Source: Camelus dromedarius (lineage: Eukaryota). Taken from it: a stretch of DNA of 64,000 nucleotides. The position numbers and the translations under genes are program-made. The stretch covers positions 105,340,001 through 105,404,000 of the forward strand of contig NC_087437.1 in NCBI RefSeq assembly GCF_036321535.1, written 5' to 3'. Positions within the stretch are counted from its first letter, which is position 1. Each line of letters starts with the position of its first letter. The notes beneath the pieces were generated by a model. That model worked only from the letters and a program-made list of their open reading frames with translations. It had not been told where the DNA came from and made no database searches. Positions 14,790 to 27,799 of the stretch are shown here, piece after piece.

Positions 14790-14970
14790 ATTTTCCCTGG
14801 GTCCTTTCCCCAGATTACTCCATCTGATCTCAAAACAACCTTTGATTTGAATAAGGGATAATATTATCCTTACAACTTAAAAACGGAGCAAATCAAGGAG
14901 CAGAAAGATTAAGACATTTATTTAACACGAACAAAGTTAAGTTCAGACTTGACATTTAAATCAAGGATGC
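14790..14970 (-). mobile_element. MIR SINE fragment
   Basis: CATCTGATCTCAAAACAACC...ATTATCC...GGAGCAAATCAAGGAGCAGAAAGATTAAGAC. Confidence 0.55.
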
Positions 14971-14994
14971 TTCCCTCTAGAGGTTATTATAGTC

Positions 14995-15157
14995 CTTTTT
15001 TAAAAAATGAAGTGTAGTTGATTTACAATGTTAGTTTCAGGTGAACAGCAAAGCAATTCAGTTATACATATACACACATACGTATTTTTTTAGATTCTTT
15101 TCCATTGTGTTATTACAAGAAATTGAATTTAGTCCTCTGTGCTTATACAGTAGGTCC
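14995..15157 (-). mobile_element. 5'-truncated L1 3' end, cetartiodactyl type, with imperfect TSD
   Basis: T-tract then TGAAGTGTAGTTGATTTACAATGTTAGTTTCAGGTG...TATACAGTAGGTCC; flanks AGAGGTTATTATAGTC (14979-14994) and AGAGGTTATAGTC (15159-15171). Confidence 0.9.
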
Positions 15158-15593
15158 GAGAGGTTATAGTCTTAATCGTGTGGAATCTTAAGGAAGCATT
15201 AGTAAAGTAGTAGATAGATATTTTTTAAAATATATAATTCCCAGTGCTGAAGAGTTTTAAGTAATCTATAAATTGATAAATAGATTCACCTTTTTCTTTT
15301 TTTGAATCATTTCTGATTCATCTGCCTAGTGAAGCAGGCAGAAATACTCTAAAAGTTTCATCTGTGTTTTCATAGACAATTAGGGGCAATTTAGAACTGT
15401 GAGTGTAGTAATTTTTATAGTATGCACTACCTATAAAATTCTCACCATCTGCCATGGGATCTGAAGTACAGTGGTGATGAAACACAAGAATATGAGGAAA
15501 ATATTTCTAATCTCTGTCTTTGTTTATTTATAACTTTAGTGCAATCCTGAAATTCTAAATCCCAAATTACTTTGCAAATATTTGCAAAAATAC

Positions 15594-15834
15594 TGTTTGC
15601 AAATATTTTCTCCCTTTCCATAGGCTGCCTTTTCACTGTGTTGATGGTTTCCTTTGCTGTGCAGAATTTTCTTACCTGTTCAGATTTGACTATTTTCTCA
15701 GTTGCCTGATGTCTCTCTGTTAGTTTCTGGATTTCTCCCAGAGGGACTTGATCAATGTGTAGCTGCTTATTTCTTGCATCCAACCCCTGGGAGGAGGGTA
15801 AGTCAGGAGCCTCCTACCCCACTACCTTGATGAC
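15594..15834 (-). mobile_element. Internally deleted L1 relic: 5'-end-like segment joined to late ORF2
   Basis: 15594-15670 translates to FCTAKETINTVKRQPMEREKIFAN (L1 ORF2 C-terminal motif); 15671-15834 on minus reads GTCATCAAGGTAGTGGGGTAGGAGG..., like the L1M start CAAGATGGCGGAGTAGGAG. Confidence 0.65.
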
Positions 15835-16014
15835 AGTCCTGTCTTTGTTTCCCAAATAGGCAAATATGTCAGAGTTTGTATATCTCTTTGTAAATATTTT
15901 TCAGAGTGGTATTAATAGATGTTATTACAATTCAAGCTTGCCACCAACAACACATAAAGTAACTGCCTTCCTCCAATAGTTTCAGTTCCACTATCGATCA
16001 TAGATCATTGATTC

Positions 16015-16390
16015 ACCAAGGACCAGGATAGGCTAGATGTGCCTAATGGCAAACAACTCCCAAATCCCTGGAGTTTACATCAAACAAGTTTTGTTTTTTG
16101 CTCCTGCTGTGTATCCACCATGGGTCAGCTGTGTTTTTTTTGGTGCACTATCTTCACTAAAGGGTTCAAGCTGAAGGAGTAGCCAAGCGCAGCACCACTG
16201 TTAGTCTTCACAGAAAAAGGAAAGAGAAAATATGCCGATTCTTTCCCAGAAGTGGTTTACATCACTTCCTCTCCCGTGTCATCAGATTAAACAAGCCATG
16301 TAGTTGAGCCTAATTTTTGCGGGGTAAGGAAGTAAAATCTTCTCCCAGGAGGTAGCAGCAGATACAGGTGGGAAGTAATGCAGCCCACAC
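16015..16390 (-). mobile_element. MaLR LTR, MLT1K/L-like
   Basis: GGATAGGCTAGATGTGC...CAAACAACTCCCAAATCCCTGG...CCAGAAGTGGTTTACATCACTTCC. Confidence 0.65.
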
Positions 16391-18759
16391 GGATAGCAAA
16401 AAAGTACATGATGATCGTTTATTTTTGTTGGATATATATGAATGTGTTCTTATATTTTTTATGTGTTCTTTGCTGGTTGTATTTTTCCTTTATAAATGTT
16501 TATTCATATCATTTGTGGCATATAAGGCTCTTACTATTCCTTGAGCAGAGTTCATGGCAATATGAATTTTCCCAAGTGCTATCTGGGGACCCTCAGGAGT
16601 CTCAGGATGTATTTTAGCAAGGATCCCAGGGGCAGAATTGCCTAGCATGCTGATTTCAGTGGGCTACTTGGCTGCAGAGAAATTGATAATAGCTCCTCAG
16701 TGCAGCCTCTTCCCCTGTGAAAGATTTCAGGTTGCAGGGAGATTTTGAATGGATCCAGGTCAAAACAAAAACACACCTCTATGTACACTTCCTGACAAAC
16801 TGCAGGTGATACCAACATATAAAGAAAATCTAACGCAGAATAAAAACCAGACCCAGAATATGGCAGATCACAATTCTGAGCTGTACTAATTTAAATCCAC
16901 TTTTTACTGAGGAGACTATTGAAGTTGCCCAGGGTAATTGTGTCATCAAAGAATTTGCTTTCTGAGCAGAAAAGTTTTCTATATTTTTAGTATTGAACAC
17001 CTCTGCCATAATTTAAAGATTCAACTTAATTTTTTTTCTATATTTCTAATGTGTTACATTATTTCATGCTCAAATATGGATATTTCAATGTTATAAATTT
17101 TCAGATTATTGATAATGGGAGATATCAAAAAGTACCATGCTTTTTGAAAGTGTTAGTTCATGTTAGTAACTTTAGTAACTTGTATTTAATTACAGCTGGT
17201 TTTATTTTCCTAGATGAAAATATAGTAATCTTTTATTAGAAAATGGAACTTTAAAGCACTAAATGGGAATTTGTAGTAGAAATTGGAATATAATACCTAG
17301 GTGCCATTTATTAATACTGATAGTTTTATGATGATGGTATAAAATATCCCTTGCCAAAATATGCACATTTAATTTTTGAAGCATATAATTTGCAATTGTA
17401 ATTTCATCTTAGTTTTATTGTGACTCTTTTTAGAAGTAATCATCTGTTTTTCACCTAACAATTTTTTCAGCCCACAGGTAATTACTGTCACCTTCTTGGT
17501 GACAGACCCAGAGTATAGTCTACTGTAGAACACACCTGAAAATGTGTTCTCTGTGAGCATCCCACCTAGCGTGTGAAGGCAAATGATAAATAAATGAACA
17601 CAAACATGTAATACATCAGGTAGTGGTCAGCTTTGAAAAACAAACAAAAAAGCATTATAAGGGCAGAAAATGGAGTGATTACTATTTTTATAGCTAGTAC
17701 ACAGTTCTTTGAGGAGAAGATACCTTAGCAGAAAAATAGATGGATTATATCTTGTATGCATTTTCATCTTTACTAAAAATGAATAAAATGACGGCAGAAA
17801 TAATAGAATGATAATGTCATCTGTTAGGTAAAATTTCATTATTCCATTTTAGTCTATATTTCCTACAGCTTAATTATGTTGTCTATTTCTTCACAGGAAA
17901 CTTTCATCAACATATTGCAAACAAGAATGGTATGTAAATATACATTTGGAATAACTTGATGGTATATAATGTATGCTGATTCAAATGTTTGAACACGTAA
18001 TATTTGGAATATTATGTAGAATATAATGAGACCTTGACTAGTATAACTAAAGAGGTGAGAATCAGAATTAATTAGATTTTACAGTTAAAAAATTCTGTTC
18101 AATATAAGGAATACCTACCTAGTCCTGGTAAAGTTTTGACTATTCAGAGATGATATGGACATTTATGTTGTTCTTTGTTTAAGACACCTGTTTTCTTTGA
18201 AGAACATCTTATGCTGTTCTAAATAAGCCACTTGAATGGTAGCAGCCAGGATCTACAGACTTTTTAAGGGGAAGCCAGAATAGTGATGTTTTAAAGTGTT
18301 CTTCTCCACTTCTGAGCTATGTTATGAAAGAGACTTGATGAACTGCAAGATTTAATAAGTCTATGATTTGAATGAGGTTTAGATTAAAAAAAAAACTTAT
18401 TGTCCCTTATGGCTAAGTGACTTGACCAACATTGCACAGCTAGTTAATTGAATTTATAGGGATGCAAGGTTCAGACACTAGTTAATCGAATTAATAGTTC
18501 ACACTAGCATCAACAGGTCTTTACAAATGAGTTCTAAGAAAGGCTGAGTAAAATTTAGTTAAGATCCCTAACAACTGTATGAAAACATTTTATCACTTTA
18601 TAAAAATAATATTTAATTTGTGTGCATTTCTTCATCATTAAGTTCAGCACGTGGTTCTGCAAGTAAAGACACATGGTGTACTATTTCCTGAACAGATCTT
18701 GAATTATTTAGCAATAATACTCTTGTGCTATAGTAAAAAATGCTGCTTTGCAAAGTACT

Positions 18760-19209
18760 CGTTATGGTTTGAATTGTGTCCCCCCAAAAGATCTTGGAGT
18801 CCTAACCACCAGTACCTGTGAAGGTGATCTTACTTTTAAACAAGATCTTTGCAACTGATCAAATTAAGATGAAGTCATTAGAGTCGGCCCTATTCCATTA
18901 TGACTGGTGTCCTTATAAAAAATGGGCATTTTGGACACAGAGACAGATACGGAAAGAGAAGACAAGTTAAAGACACAGAGAAAACACCATCTCCAAGCCA
19001 CGTTAATTCCTGATGCTGCCAGCAGCTAGGAACAGCATACTGCAGATTTTCCCTCCTACCCTTTGGGAGGAACCAGCTCTGCCCACACTTTGATTTCAGA
19101 CTTCTAAATTCTAAACTTCAGAAGTAGAATGTATGAAATCACACATTTCTGTTGTGTTAGTTACCCAGTTTCTGTTACTTTGCTATGGCAACCCCAGGAC
19201 ACTATTAAA
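18760..19209 (+). mobile_element. MaLR solo LTR, MLT1B-like, near full length
   Basis: GTTATGGTTTGAATTGTGTCCCCCCAAAAGAT...ATGACTGGTGTCCTTATAA...TTTGCTATGGCAACCCCAGG; degenerate 5-bp TSD GTACT/GTATT. Confidence 0.9.
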
Positions 19210-19694
19210 GTATTCTTTTAATATTCCAGATGTTTTTCCCTTTACAGCATGTGTTTTCTTTTTGAATATGGCATCTCTTTCAAAACCTTAATAATTTATA
19301 CAACAATGATATTGTGCTAAGCGCTATGTTTCTATTTTGCCCCAACAATTTATTTTTTATTGAAATTTTAATGCTCATGACTATTTCACAATGCGTAGAC
19401 ATTCTGAAATACCCTTCTCTTATTAAAACAATATGATGTATATAGGGTTTTAAAATTCAAGGCTTATCAGCCACTTTCTTTTGGAATCCAGCAGGTTTAT
19501 TTTATTCTTTACCTTTTTATTATCATAAGTTTAATTGGGTAAATGTATTTTGTCCATAATTTTAGAAATTTTAATACCACTTCAAATTCAAGGCATGCTC
19601 AATTGAACTTCAATTTCAAAGTAGTATTTCTGAGACTGGGAAAAATCTCTTATTTCTATTACCATGATGGCAGATAATTTATTTTTGTCCACAT

Positions 19695-21420
19695 AGTAAA
19701 TCTCCCCCCAATGCAATTTTTCATACTTTTTGGCAATGCATCCCTCCCTCTGCCCCTGGACTCAGCAATGCTTCCTGTCGCTGCAAATTAATTTGCATTT
19801 TATATACACTATTTTGTTTCTGCCTTCTTTCATTTAGCATTGATTTTGAGATTCATCCATGGGGTTGTGTTTATCAGTAATGGGTTTCCTTTTGTTACTG
19901 AGAAGGATTCCATTGAAAGACATAAGACATTTTATTCATCCATTTATAGGTTGATGGACATTCAGGTTATTTTCAGTTTTTAACTATTGTGAATTTTGCT
20001 GCTATGAATGTTAGTGTACATGTCTTTGTGTGGAAATGTGTTTTCATTTCTTTTGGATGAGTATCTAGGAGTGTAAAGGCTGAGTCATATAGGAATATGC
20101 TTAAACTATTTAAGAAACTGACAAAACATTTTCCAAAGTGGTTGTGTAATTATGTACTCTGAGCACGCATGAGAGTTTCAGTTGCTCCAAAGCCTCACCA
20201 AATACCCGATCATTGTAGCATTAATCATTCTAGAAGGAATCTAGTAGAATCTCACTTGGGGAGATTTTAATTTGTATTCACCTTATTTCTATTTTTGTTG
20301 AACATATTTTTATTGCTTAATGACTGGTTTTACAGTTATTTTGTCTAATGCCTATTCAGACATTTGCCTGCTTTTTTTGAGTGTTTCTCATTTTATGATT
20401 GAGTTGCAAAAGCCCTTTATACATTTTTGCCTATAAAACCTTTCTCAGACATGTATATTGTAAATATTTCTCCCACGTTGTAACTTGCATTTTTATTTTC
20501 TACATTTTTAAAAATTTTGATCGAGTCCAGTTTATCATTTTGATTTCATTTAACATGCCTGACTTTTTGTCCTAAAACATGTTTGCCTACTCTAATATTA
20601 CAAATATATATTTTTTAAATTTTTGCCTAGAAGTTGTAGTATTCTAACTTTTGTACTAAGGTGTATGATATGTTTTGAGTTAATTTTGCGTGTGATGTGA
20701 AGGAAAGTCAATGTTCTCCATATTCCACATAGATATATTCCACATAGATATTTGTTCCAACACCATTGGTTAAAAAAAATGATTTCTCCTTAATTGACAT
20801 GGTGTCTTTGTTGAAAATCAATTGGCCATTTATGTGTAAATCTATTTCTCTATTCTCTATTGTGTTCTATATATTTATCATATTTTGCTTATTAGAACAC
20901 TATTGTAAGTAGTTTAAATCCCCCAACATATTTATTCACTTTATAAGTTGCTCAAAAAATTAATAACTATGTAAGGTAATGGAAATGTTAATTAGTTTGA
21001 TTGTGGTCATTATTTCCTAATGTATACATGTACTAAGACATCAAGCTGTACATTTTAAGTATATATAATTTTCACTAGTGAGTTATATCTCAATAAAGCT
21101 GGAGAAACATTGCTTGTTTTTTGATAACTTGTCGTTTTATACCAAAATAAGAAAAACCTGCTGATTTTTTTAATAGTATTGTATTGGATCTGTAATCTAT
21201 TGATCCCTTTTGTAGGAATTGTCATTTTGGTCATATTAAGTCTTCCAAACTATGAACATGCTTTATCCTACTATTTATTTAGGTCTTTTAAAATTTTCAT
21301 CAGCAGCTTTCAATAGTTTTCGGCTTAAAAATCATTCATGCCCTTTGTGAAATGCATTTCCAAGTACTACATGTTGGTGATACTGTAAATAGAATTTTAC
21401 AACATAATCTTATGACATTT
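19695..21420 (-). mobile_element. Old L1 (L1MC/ME-type) 3' region and ORF2 relic
   Basis: TTTTGAGATTCATCCATG, GTTGATGGACATTCAGGTTATTTTCAG, TTTCCAAAGTGGTTGT, TTGTTGAAAATCAATTGGCC. Confidence 0.85.
20954..21107 (+). mobile_element. L1MA/MB-type 3' end nested in the older L1
   Basis: TAACTATGTAAGGTAATGGAAATGTTAATTAGTTTGATTGTGG...TATATCTCAATAAAGCTGGAGAAA. Confidence 0.85.
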
Positions 21421-21479
21421 CATAGAATGCTATGTGCATCCACTTACATAATACATGGAAATTTACAGTCTGTGTTATG

Positions 21480-21630
21480 TAGGAGGGAAGATGGGCTTTG
21501 TAATCTGACAGACTTAAATTTAATTTTGATAATTATTAGCTATATATTTTATTCAACTCTAAGATGATCATGATGATAATATCTATTCATTTAATTGTGA
21601 GAATTAAAGTCAACTTCATGGTACACAGGG
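21480..21630 (+). mobile_element. MIR fragment
   Basis: ATGGGCTTTGTAATCTGACAGACTTAAATTTAA...TTGTGAGAATTAAA. Confidence 0.5.
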
Positions 21631-23912
21631 AATGCCACTACATTTTAAACCCCTAGTTGCAAATGAAGAGGGGGGAAAAAGCTTTTCTTTATCACTTCCA
21701 TAGAAAAGAAAAGTATGTTTTCTTTTTCTGCTTCATGAAACAATTCCCATCTCTGCCAGCACAGCACTCTCCCCTCTCCATGTCCTGTACAAACTCTCTT
21801 ACCATTATTTGGATACCATAGCTATCCACATAATCACAGAAAGACTCCTTTTTATGCACATGTAAAACATTATCCCAGCTTCAACAATTTCTACTGCACA
21901 CATTCTAAACAAGCATTTTAAAATAATCTTAAAATTTTCATTCTAATGCCTGCTTTTTATCAAACAGAAAAAGTAGACAAGACAAATCATAGGACATATT
22001 ATAGAAACTATACCTTAGACCTTTCAATCAATTGATGAGAAAAATAACAAAACATTCTCACTTTTTCTATAAATTGTGTTTTTTGAAGTAACAATGAATT
22101 AATTGAGCCACGGAAACATACAGCACTTCATTGAACTGAAAGGGAAACCAACAATGTGGAAACCAATACCTAAGAAAAAAAAAAACCAAAAACATGTTTT
22201 CTAATCCCTGCTTTTATGCCTCCTTTTGCCTTTGATAGAAGACGAAAAACTGAATTTTAAATAAAAATGCCACAGGGATTGCAATATTATATTTCAACCT
22301 GTTTTGCATACCAGCAAGGGTTACTAAAAAATAAATTTAAATGTATGAGATGCTACCCAAATGGAAGTGGGAAGACAGAGAAAGAATTCTATCAAATCTA
22401 TTATTCATTAGCTCCTATTCTCATGGCAAAAATGACATTTATTTCATAGTTATTCACTTTATTTATGACAGATGTGCTAAAATATATTCTGAGACTGTTC
22501 ATATCTTATCACTAATTTGTCTTTAAGTCCTAGATCTTTCCTCAGCTTCTCCAAGTCCTGGGTCACACACATGTGCCTTTGTGTGTGTGTTGGCTCCATG
22601 ATAAAGAGCCTTGGTATCTTCAGGGCCTTCACTCCTGATCACTAAGATCAGGGGAGCCAAAATTGACAGGGGTTTTATCTGTCTTTACTGGCTGCAACTC
22701 ATGCTTGTAGGTTCCAGCTCACACTTGATCTTGCCAGCCTTGCATCTATTTGCCCATCCCAGGTGCTTGCCCTGGGGTAATCAAGCTTCAGCACCTGCCA
22801 GACAGGAAGACAACCTCCTTACAGAGACGGCCTAACTGGCTCCCACAACTGCCTTAAGTCCTTCCAATAAATCTCTCATTGAACCTTGACCAATTTCATC
22901 ATAGAAAGAAATTACATCTTTGTGGAAAGTTGTCAAGGATGAGTTTCTAAGATTTGACTGTGTATGTAGTGATTTTAGTTATCTGTATTTTTCTTCTTAT
23001 CTTTTCCTCAGAGTGCCTACTTAGTAAAAATGACTTTTAACCCTTAAAAGGAGCAATATTTTGTAAATGTATAGGATTTTTCTATATCATTATTAAGTAG
23101 AATTTAATATTCTCTGAAATAACTGAATGCTTATGCTTATTCTACTAAAATGTAGACGAAATTAGAAGCATTTTTGTTTTGTTTTGTTTTTCTGTTAGGT
23201 AGACATTTTACTAAATTATATAAGATATAATACAGTCTTGCATTGCAATTTCATCCAAAGGGTTAATAGTTTTATTGAACAGGTTCACTATAGTTTACTT
23301 ACTTAGACTTCTAAGAATTAAACTTTGAATGGTCATAGAAAAGATATCATTTCTTTCTCTTTAATATTTTTCAAAGAATATGTTATCACTTTGTGTCATT
23401 CTTTTTCCTTGGAGGGGATACATTGTTTTGATTTCATATTGAAAATGAAACAGGCACACTAGAAAACAAAATGAATTTTGACATATTTTACTCTTGAGAA
23501 GAATGCTGGACTTTGGTGTCATTGAATCTTATCAGAATAATTCTCTGTGGAAGGCTAAACTCTGAAATTGAGACAGAATTTCAGAACTCTATAGATTTGG
23601 GGAAAAATAATATATAAAGAAGCCCCTAAGTATCCCTGTGCTACACCATACTTCTACTGCTTGTTCGACCTAGCTTTGCTAACCACACTAAAAATGAGTC
23701 TTATATGACAAATTGTTATAGTTAAGAAGCTCTTCAACTACTGTCCCATACAACTAAACTAAACAACCCAGATTATTAACTTACATTGTTAATAAGTGAG
23801 ACCTCAAAATTTAGAAACTTGGCTTAACTTGAAATTTATGGGAAAAGAAACAAATAAAAACCATGGCAGAGTTCCATCCTTTTTTCTCCTTATTGTTCTC
23901 CCCCATCTCTAC

Positions 23913-24165
23913 ACAGCTGGCCTTCCATAATTGCAGATTCTGCATCCATGAAATTCAACCCACCTCAGATCAAGAGTTTAGAAGTTTCCAGAAAATTCTG
24001 AAAAGCAAAATTTAAATGTTTCATGCTCCAGCAACTATTTACATAGCATTTACATTGTATTAGATATTATAAGTAACTTAGTGATGATTTAAAGGATAAT
24101 ATGCCTAGGTTATATAGAAATGTCATGCCCTTTATATAAGGAACTTTACCATTCAGCAGGACTGG
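23913..24165 (-). mobile_element. TcMar-Tigger MITE (MER2/Tigger2a-like)
   Basis: CAGCTGGCCTTCCATAATTGCAGATTCTGCATCC...CAACTATTTACATAGCATTTACATTGTATTAG...TTTATATAAGG. Confidence 0.85.
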
Positions 24166-24189
24166 GTTGTCCAATGCCTGCACATTCCA

Positions 24190-24650
24190 AAGAATGGTTT
24201 AGCTCTTGAACAGCTTTTGGGAGATAATCTCTAAGTCCTTGAAACATCTTTCCTGAGAAGACTGTCTTTGCTTACCTGGGACCATGGGTGGTGCCAGATA
24301 GTAGATGACAACCATGTGATTTATGATAAGGGTCTTGGGCTGTGTGGTATTACTTGACCTAGAGAGGAGCTGGATACTGAGCAATTAAGGTCAGCCATGG
24401 GGACACTCATTGCATACATGCCAAACCCTGATAAAAACCCTGGACATCACTGTGCCACAGTCATTGCTGGCAGAAAGTGCTTCCCTTAAAACTCCACGGG
24501 ACAGGACAGTTGGAAGCTTGCCCCTGCTTTCTCTTGGACTCTGTTATACACACCTTTTACCTTCGTTGATTTTCATCTGTATCCTTTTGCTGTAAGAAAC
24601 TGTAACCCTGAGTATAACAAAAAGTGCCCAGAGAGTGAGGGTAGTTGAAG
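24190..24650 (+). mobile_element. ERVL LTR, MER68/MER21/MER77 group
   Basis: GAGCTGGATACTGAGCAATTAAGGTCAGCCATG...AAAAACCCTGGACA...CTGTATCCTTTTGCTGTAAGAAACTGTAACCCTGAGTATAACA. Confidence 0.75.
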
Positions 24651-24944
24651 TTTAAATCTGATGGCTTCTTATTTCACTTTTCCCAACTTTTCTCCACAAC
24701 TTGTTTTCTGACTCCCCTGGTCCTACATTACAGACTATTCCTTACATTATGTCTTATTATTTTCTTAAAAAGCACTGTGATCTATTAATCTTCTTTAAGA
24801 AGTTAGCTGGTAACAACACGGTTAGCCTTTCTCAATAATACTCACATTTTAAGAGACCCTTTAAAGTTGAAAAACTCTGAATAATTACTGAAAATGGAAT
24901 TCCACCCAAGATGAACAACAAAGACGGTGTTGGAAATTAATTCT

Positions 24945-25117
24945 ACAGCGGTAGAGCATTTGGGAATGCCTGGAGAAATTTTTGGTTGTCAAAATTGGGG
25001 TGGAGTTACTATTAGCAGAGGGGGTAAACGCTAGGGAACTTACTCAGCATACTACTCAGCAGGGAGGTATCCAGCCCCAAATGTCCACTGTGCAATGTTG
25101 AGAAGATACCTGCCCTA
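24945..25117 (+). mobile_element. hAT-Charlie MER20-like fragment
   Basis: CATTTGGGAATGCCTGGAGAAATTTTTGGTTGTCA...CCCCAAATGTCCACTGTGCAATGTTGAGAA. Confidence 0.75.
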
Positions 25118-25789
25118 CAGTTATCTATAATCATTTGATCTGAAAGTACTGAATTCCACATTATTTCAGGGAACAGAAGAGCACTAACATATTTCTTATC
25201 TAAGACAGAAATCAGCATGTGAGGTTTACAGTTTCTAATGAATAAACACAAACCTACAACACAGAGGATATTGGAACTACATGAAGCTTAATCACAGGTA
25301 AAATCAGCTGATAGGACTTGAGATACGAGCTTAAATATGTCCTGATATTTTGTTTGGTTAATGTTGTTATTATAATTTAAAAAATTTCTATTTACTAGGT
25401 GAAAATTTCCTATTGTTCATCATTGATACTTAATTTAATTGAAAAAATACAGTATTTGCTTACGTGCATCTGGACTATGATTTTAATAAAACAGTGCTTT
25501 GTATAAAAAGAACTATCTCAGTTAAGAAGACATTCACATCACTTTAAATCCCGTCAGTACTTAGGCTGTTTCAGTTAATTTCGCTATGACCTTCAAATTG
25601 CAAATTTAAAAATTCCTTTCAAGTTTTTAAATTGTGAAATTAAACTAGTATTGCCCACCATATTGAGACAGGTGGTGAGCTTTTGAAAGGAAGTGTCCTT
25701 GCAGAGTATAAAGTCGGCACAGTGAATTTCAGACAATTTTTTTTTTTTTGTCATCAAACACATTGCTGATCACATAAACGGTTATCCTT

Positions 25790-25857
25790 TGCCCTCAGTC
25801 CATGCACATAAAATTCTGATTGATGTCAATGGGAGCCATGCAAGGCTTTTGAGGGCA
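25790..25857. repeat. Degenerate palindromic (hairpin) element
   Basis: TGCCCTCA...ATTGA-TG-TCAATGGGAG...TGAGGGCA: 8-bp terminal inverted repeat around a central dyad. Confidence 0.5.
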
Positions 25858-26999
25858 CTGAAGTTTGAAACTTTATGGTGTTTTCAGAATATCTTTGAAG
25901 TCCAGTTTCGGAGGAGAAATACAACGTTTAAAGAGTAGTTCTTCAGGGCTTATACTTATCCATTGGGAACAAGTTGAGATCACCTATTTTAAATGCAGTG
26001 TTAGGCTGGAATTGCAAAACACAATATGAGTAGTGAGTAGCTGATTTCTAATGGATTGTCTCAGTTGATTTCCATTCTAGATTTATAGCCTTGGGGGCCC
26101 ATAGTGGCAAACCATCCACCATTCTTTCTGAATATTAATATTCATGAGTTTCTTTCATGCAGTTGCACTAGTGGTAGACTTTATTTTATCCATAGCACTG
26201 CTATAAATTATATGCATCACTTTCATTAACATAGTCTACAAAATTCATTAACCTAACAAGTGAGATCACCTTTGCATCAACAAATTCATTAGTGAATTTC
26301 ACTTTTATGTTGTGACTAAGTATGTTTTCTAAAACTTCTTCATTTTTTATTGGTGCATATCTTGATAAATATATTTAAGTACTCAACAAATAAAACTCCA
26401 TGAACTTACAGCAAAAGATGGGGTCATAGAGTAATTATAAGCAACCACACAAATGATGGCAAGTGATGGTTTGTCTCAGAAGATCTTAAGTAAGTCTACT
26501 CTGTAGCATATAACACTTACCATTTATAACATAAAATTAAATAAATCAATTGTTTTAATGTGAAACAGAATTTTTGAATAATCTATATTTCTTATGTAGC
26601 AAGACGAAAAATATCTAAGCATTCAGTTACTAAATGAAATATAACAAATAAGAAAAGGAAGGGTTGCTTAATCCCATTCATCAAACTATTTAGTTAAGTT
26701 TACAGCTTTTTAAATAAAATGCATATCCTGTATAGGAATAATCAAACTTTTTAAATAAGAAAGAAATTTTCTGTTATCTGATTCCTCTGTATTTCCCCAT
26801 TTGAAGAGTTAAGTGCCATAAACCAAGTTAAATGTCCTAAATTTTATCTTTCTTAGCCACCACTGGTTTTCATTTTGAAGCATAATTCAGTTGTGCTTAG
26901 CGCTCTTGAAGCTGTGAAGCTTCTCAGAAGAAATCTTTGTCATTTTGCTGCTTTAGTCTTATTACTTGCAGGCAAAGCTCAACACTCTTAACGTCTCAT

Positions 27000-27720
27000 C
27001 CAGAATGAGCCTGACAGTCCATCTCAACCATAACTGAAGGGAAGTGCTGAGGCAGCAGTCAAGAGAAGGGATGTTTCACAGAGGAAAATGAAATGACAGC
27101 CTTTCCACCAGGAGCTAACCTTTACATTCTGGAAGATTTCAGGGTACGTATGCAGAAATCGAGATTCAAACAACTGCAAGTTAGAAGACAGGAAGTAGAA
27201 TATAGAAATGGAGCCAAGAGATGGAAGCAAGAAGAGAGCTGAGATACAATTTAATAACCTTTAATTTTTCTTGATAAAAGAAAGATTGAAAGGTTTTAAG
27301 TAGGCACATGATTCATTAGATTCACATGCTAAATGCTGGTTCTAGTTTTATTGAAAGAATGCATTGAAGTGAAGACAGAAGTCTCTGAGACAAGTTAGAA
27401 TCATCCAACTGAGAGATGATACTGTTCTGAGGTGATGCAGAAGATGAAGTTAACACCTCTAAGAGAAATAGACAGTAGTGGATATCCAGGTGGTAGAGCT
27501 GAATGTATTTATTAATTAATTGGATGAGGAAAAAGAAGGAATAAAAGAATCAAAGATGATCTTAGGTCTTTGGCTTGGGCCACATTATAGACAGAAATGT
27601 CATTCAATGAGAAAAACAATACAGATGTTTAAATAAATTGGTATTTTGGAGAGTAAAATAAACTTAGTTTTAGACAAATGGGGCTTTGGGACTTCTACAG
27701 ACATTCAGGCATGAAAGCGT
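27000..27720 (-). mobile_element. L2 fragment
   Basis: GAAAGGTTTTAAGTAGG...ATCAAAGATGATCTTAGGTCTTTGGCTTGGGCC...AGTTTTAGACAAATG. Confidence 0.75.
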
Positions 27721-27799
27721 ATAACTGAGTACCGTACCAGAGAACACAGAACTGCAAAGCCCATTTCCTTGAGTAATGACTCGTCTCTTAGGTTCTGCT

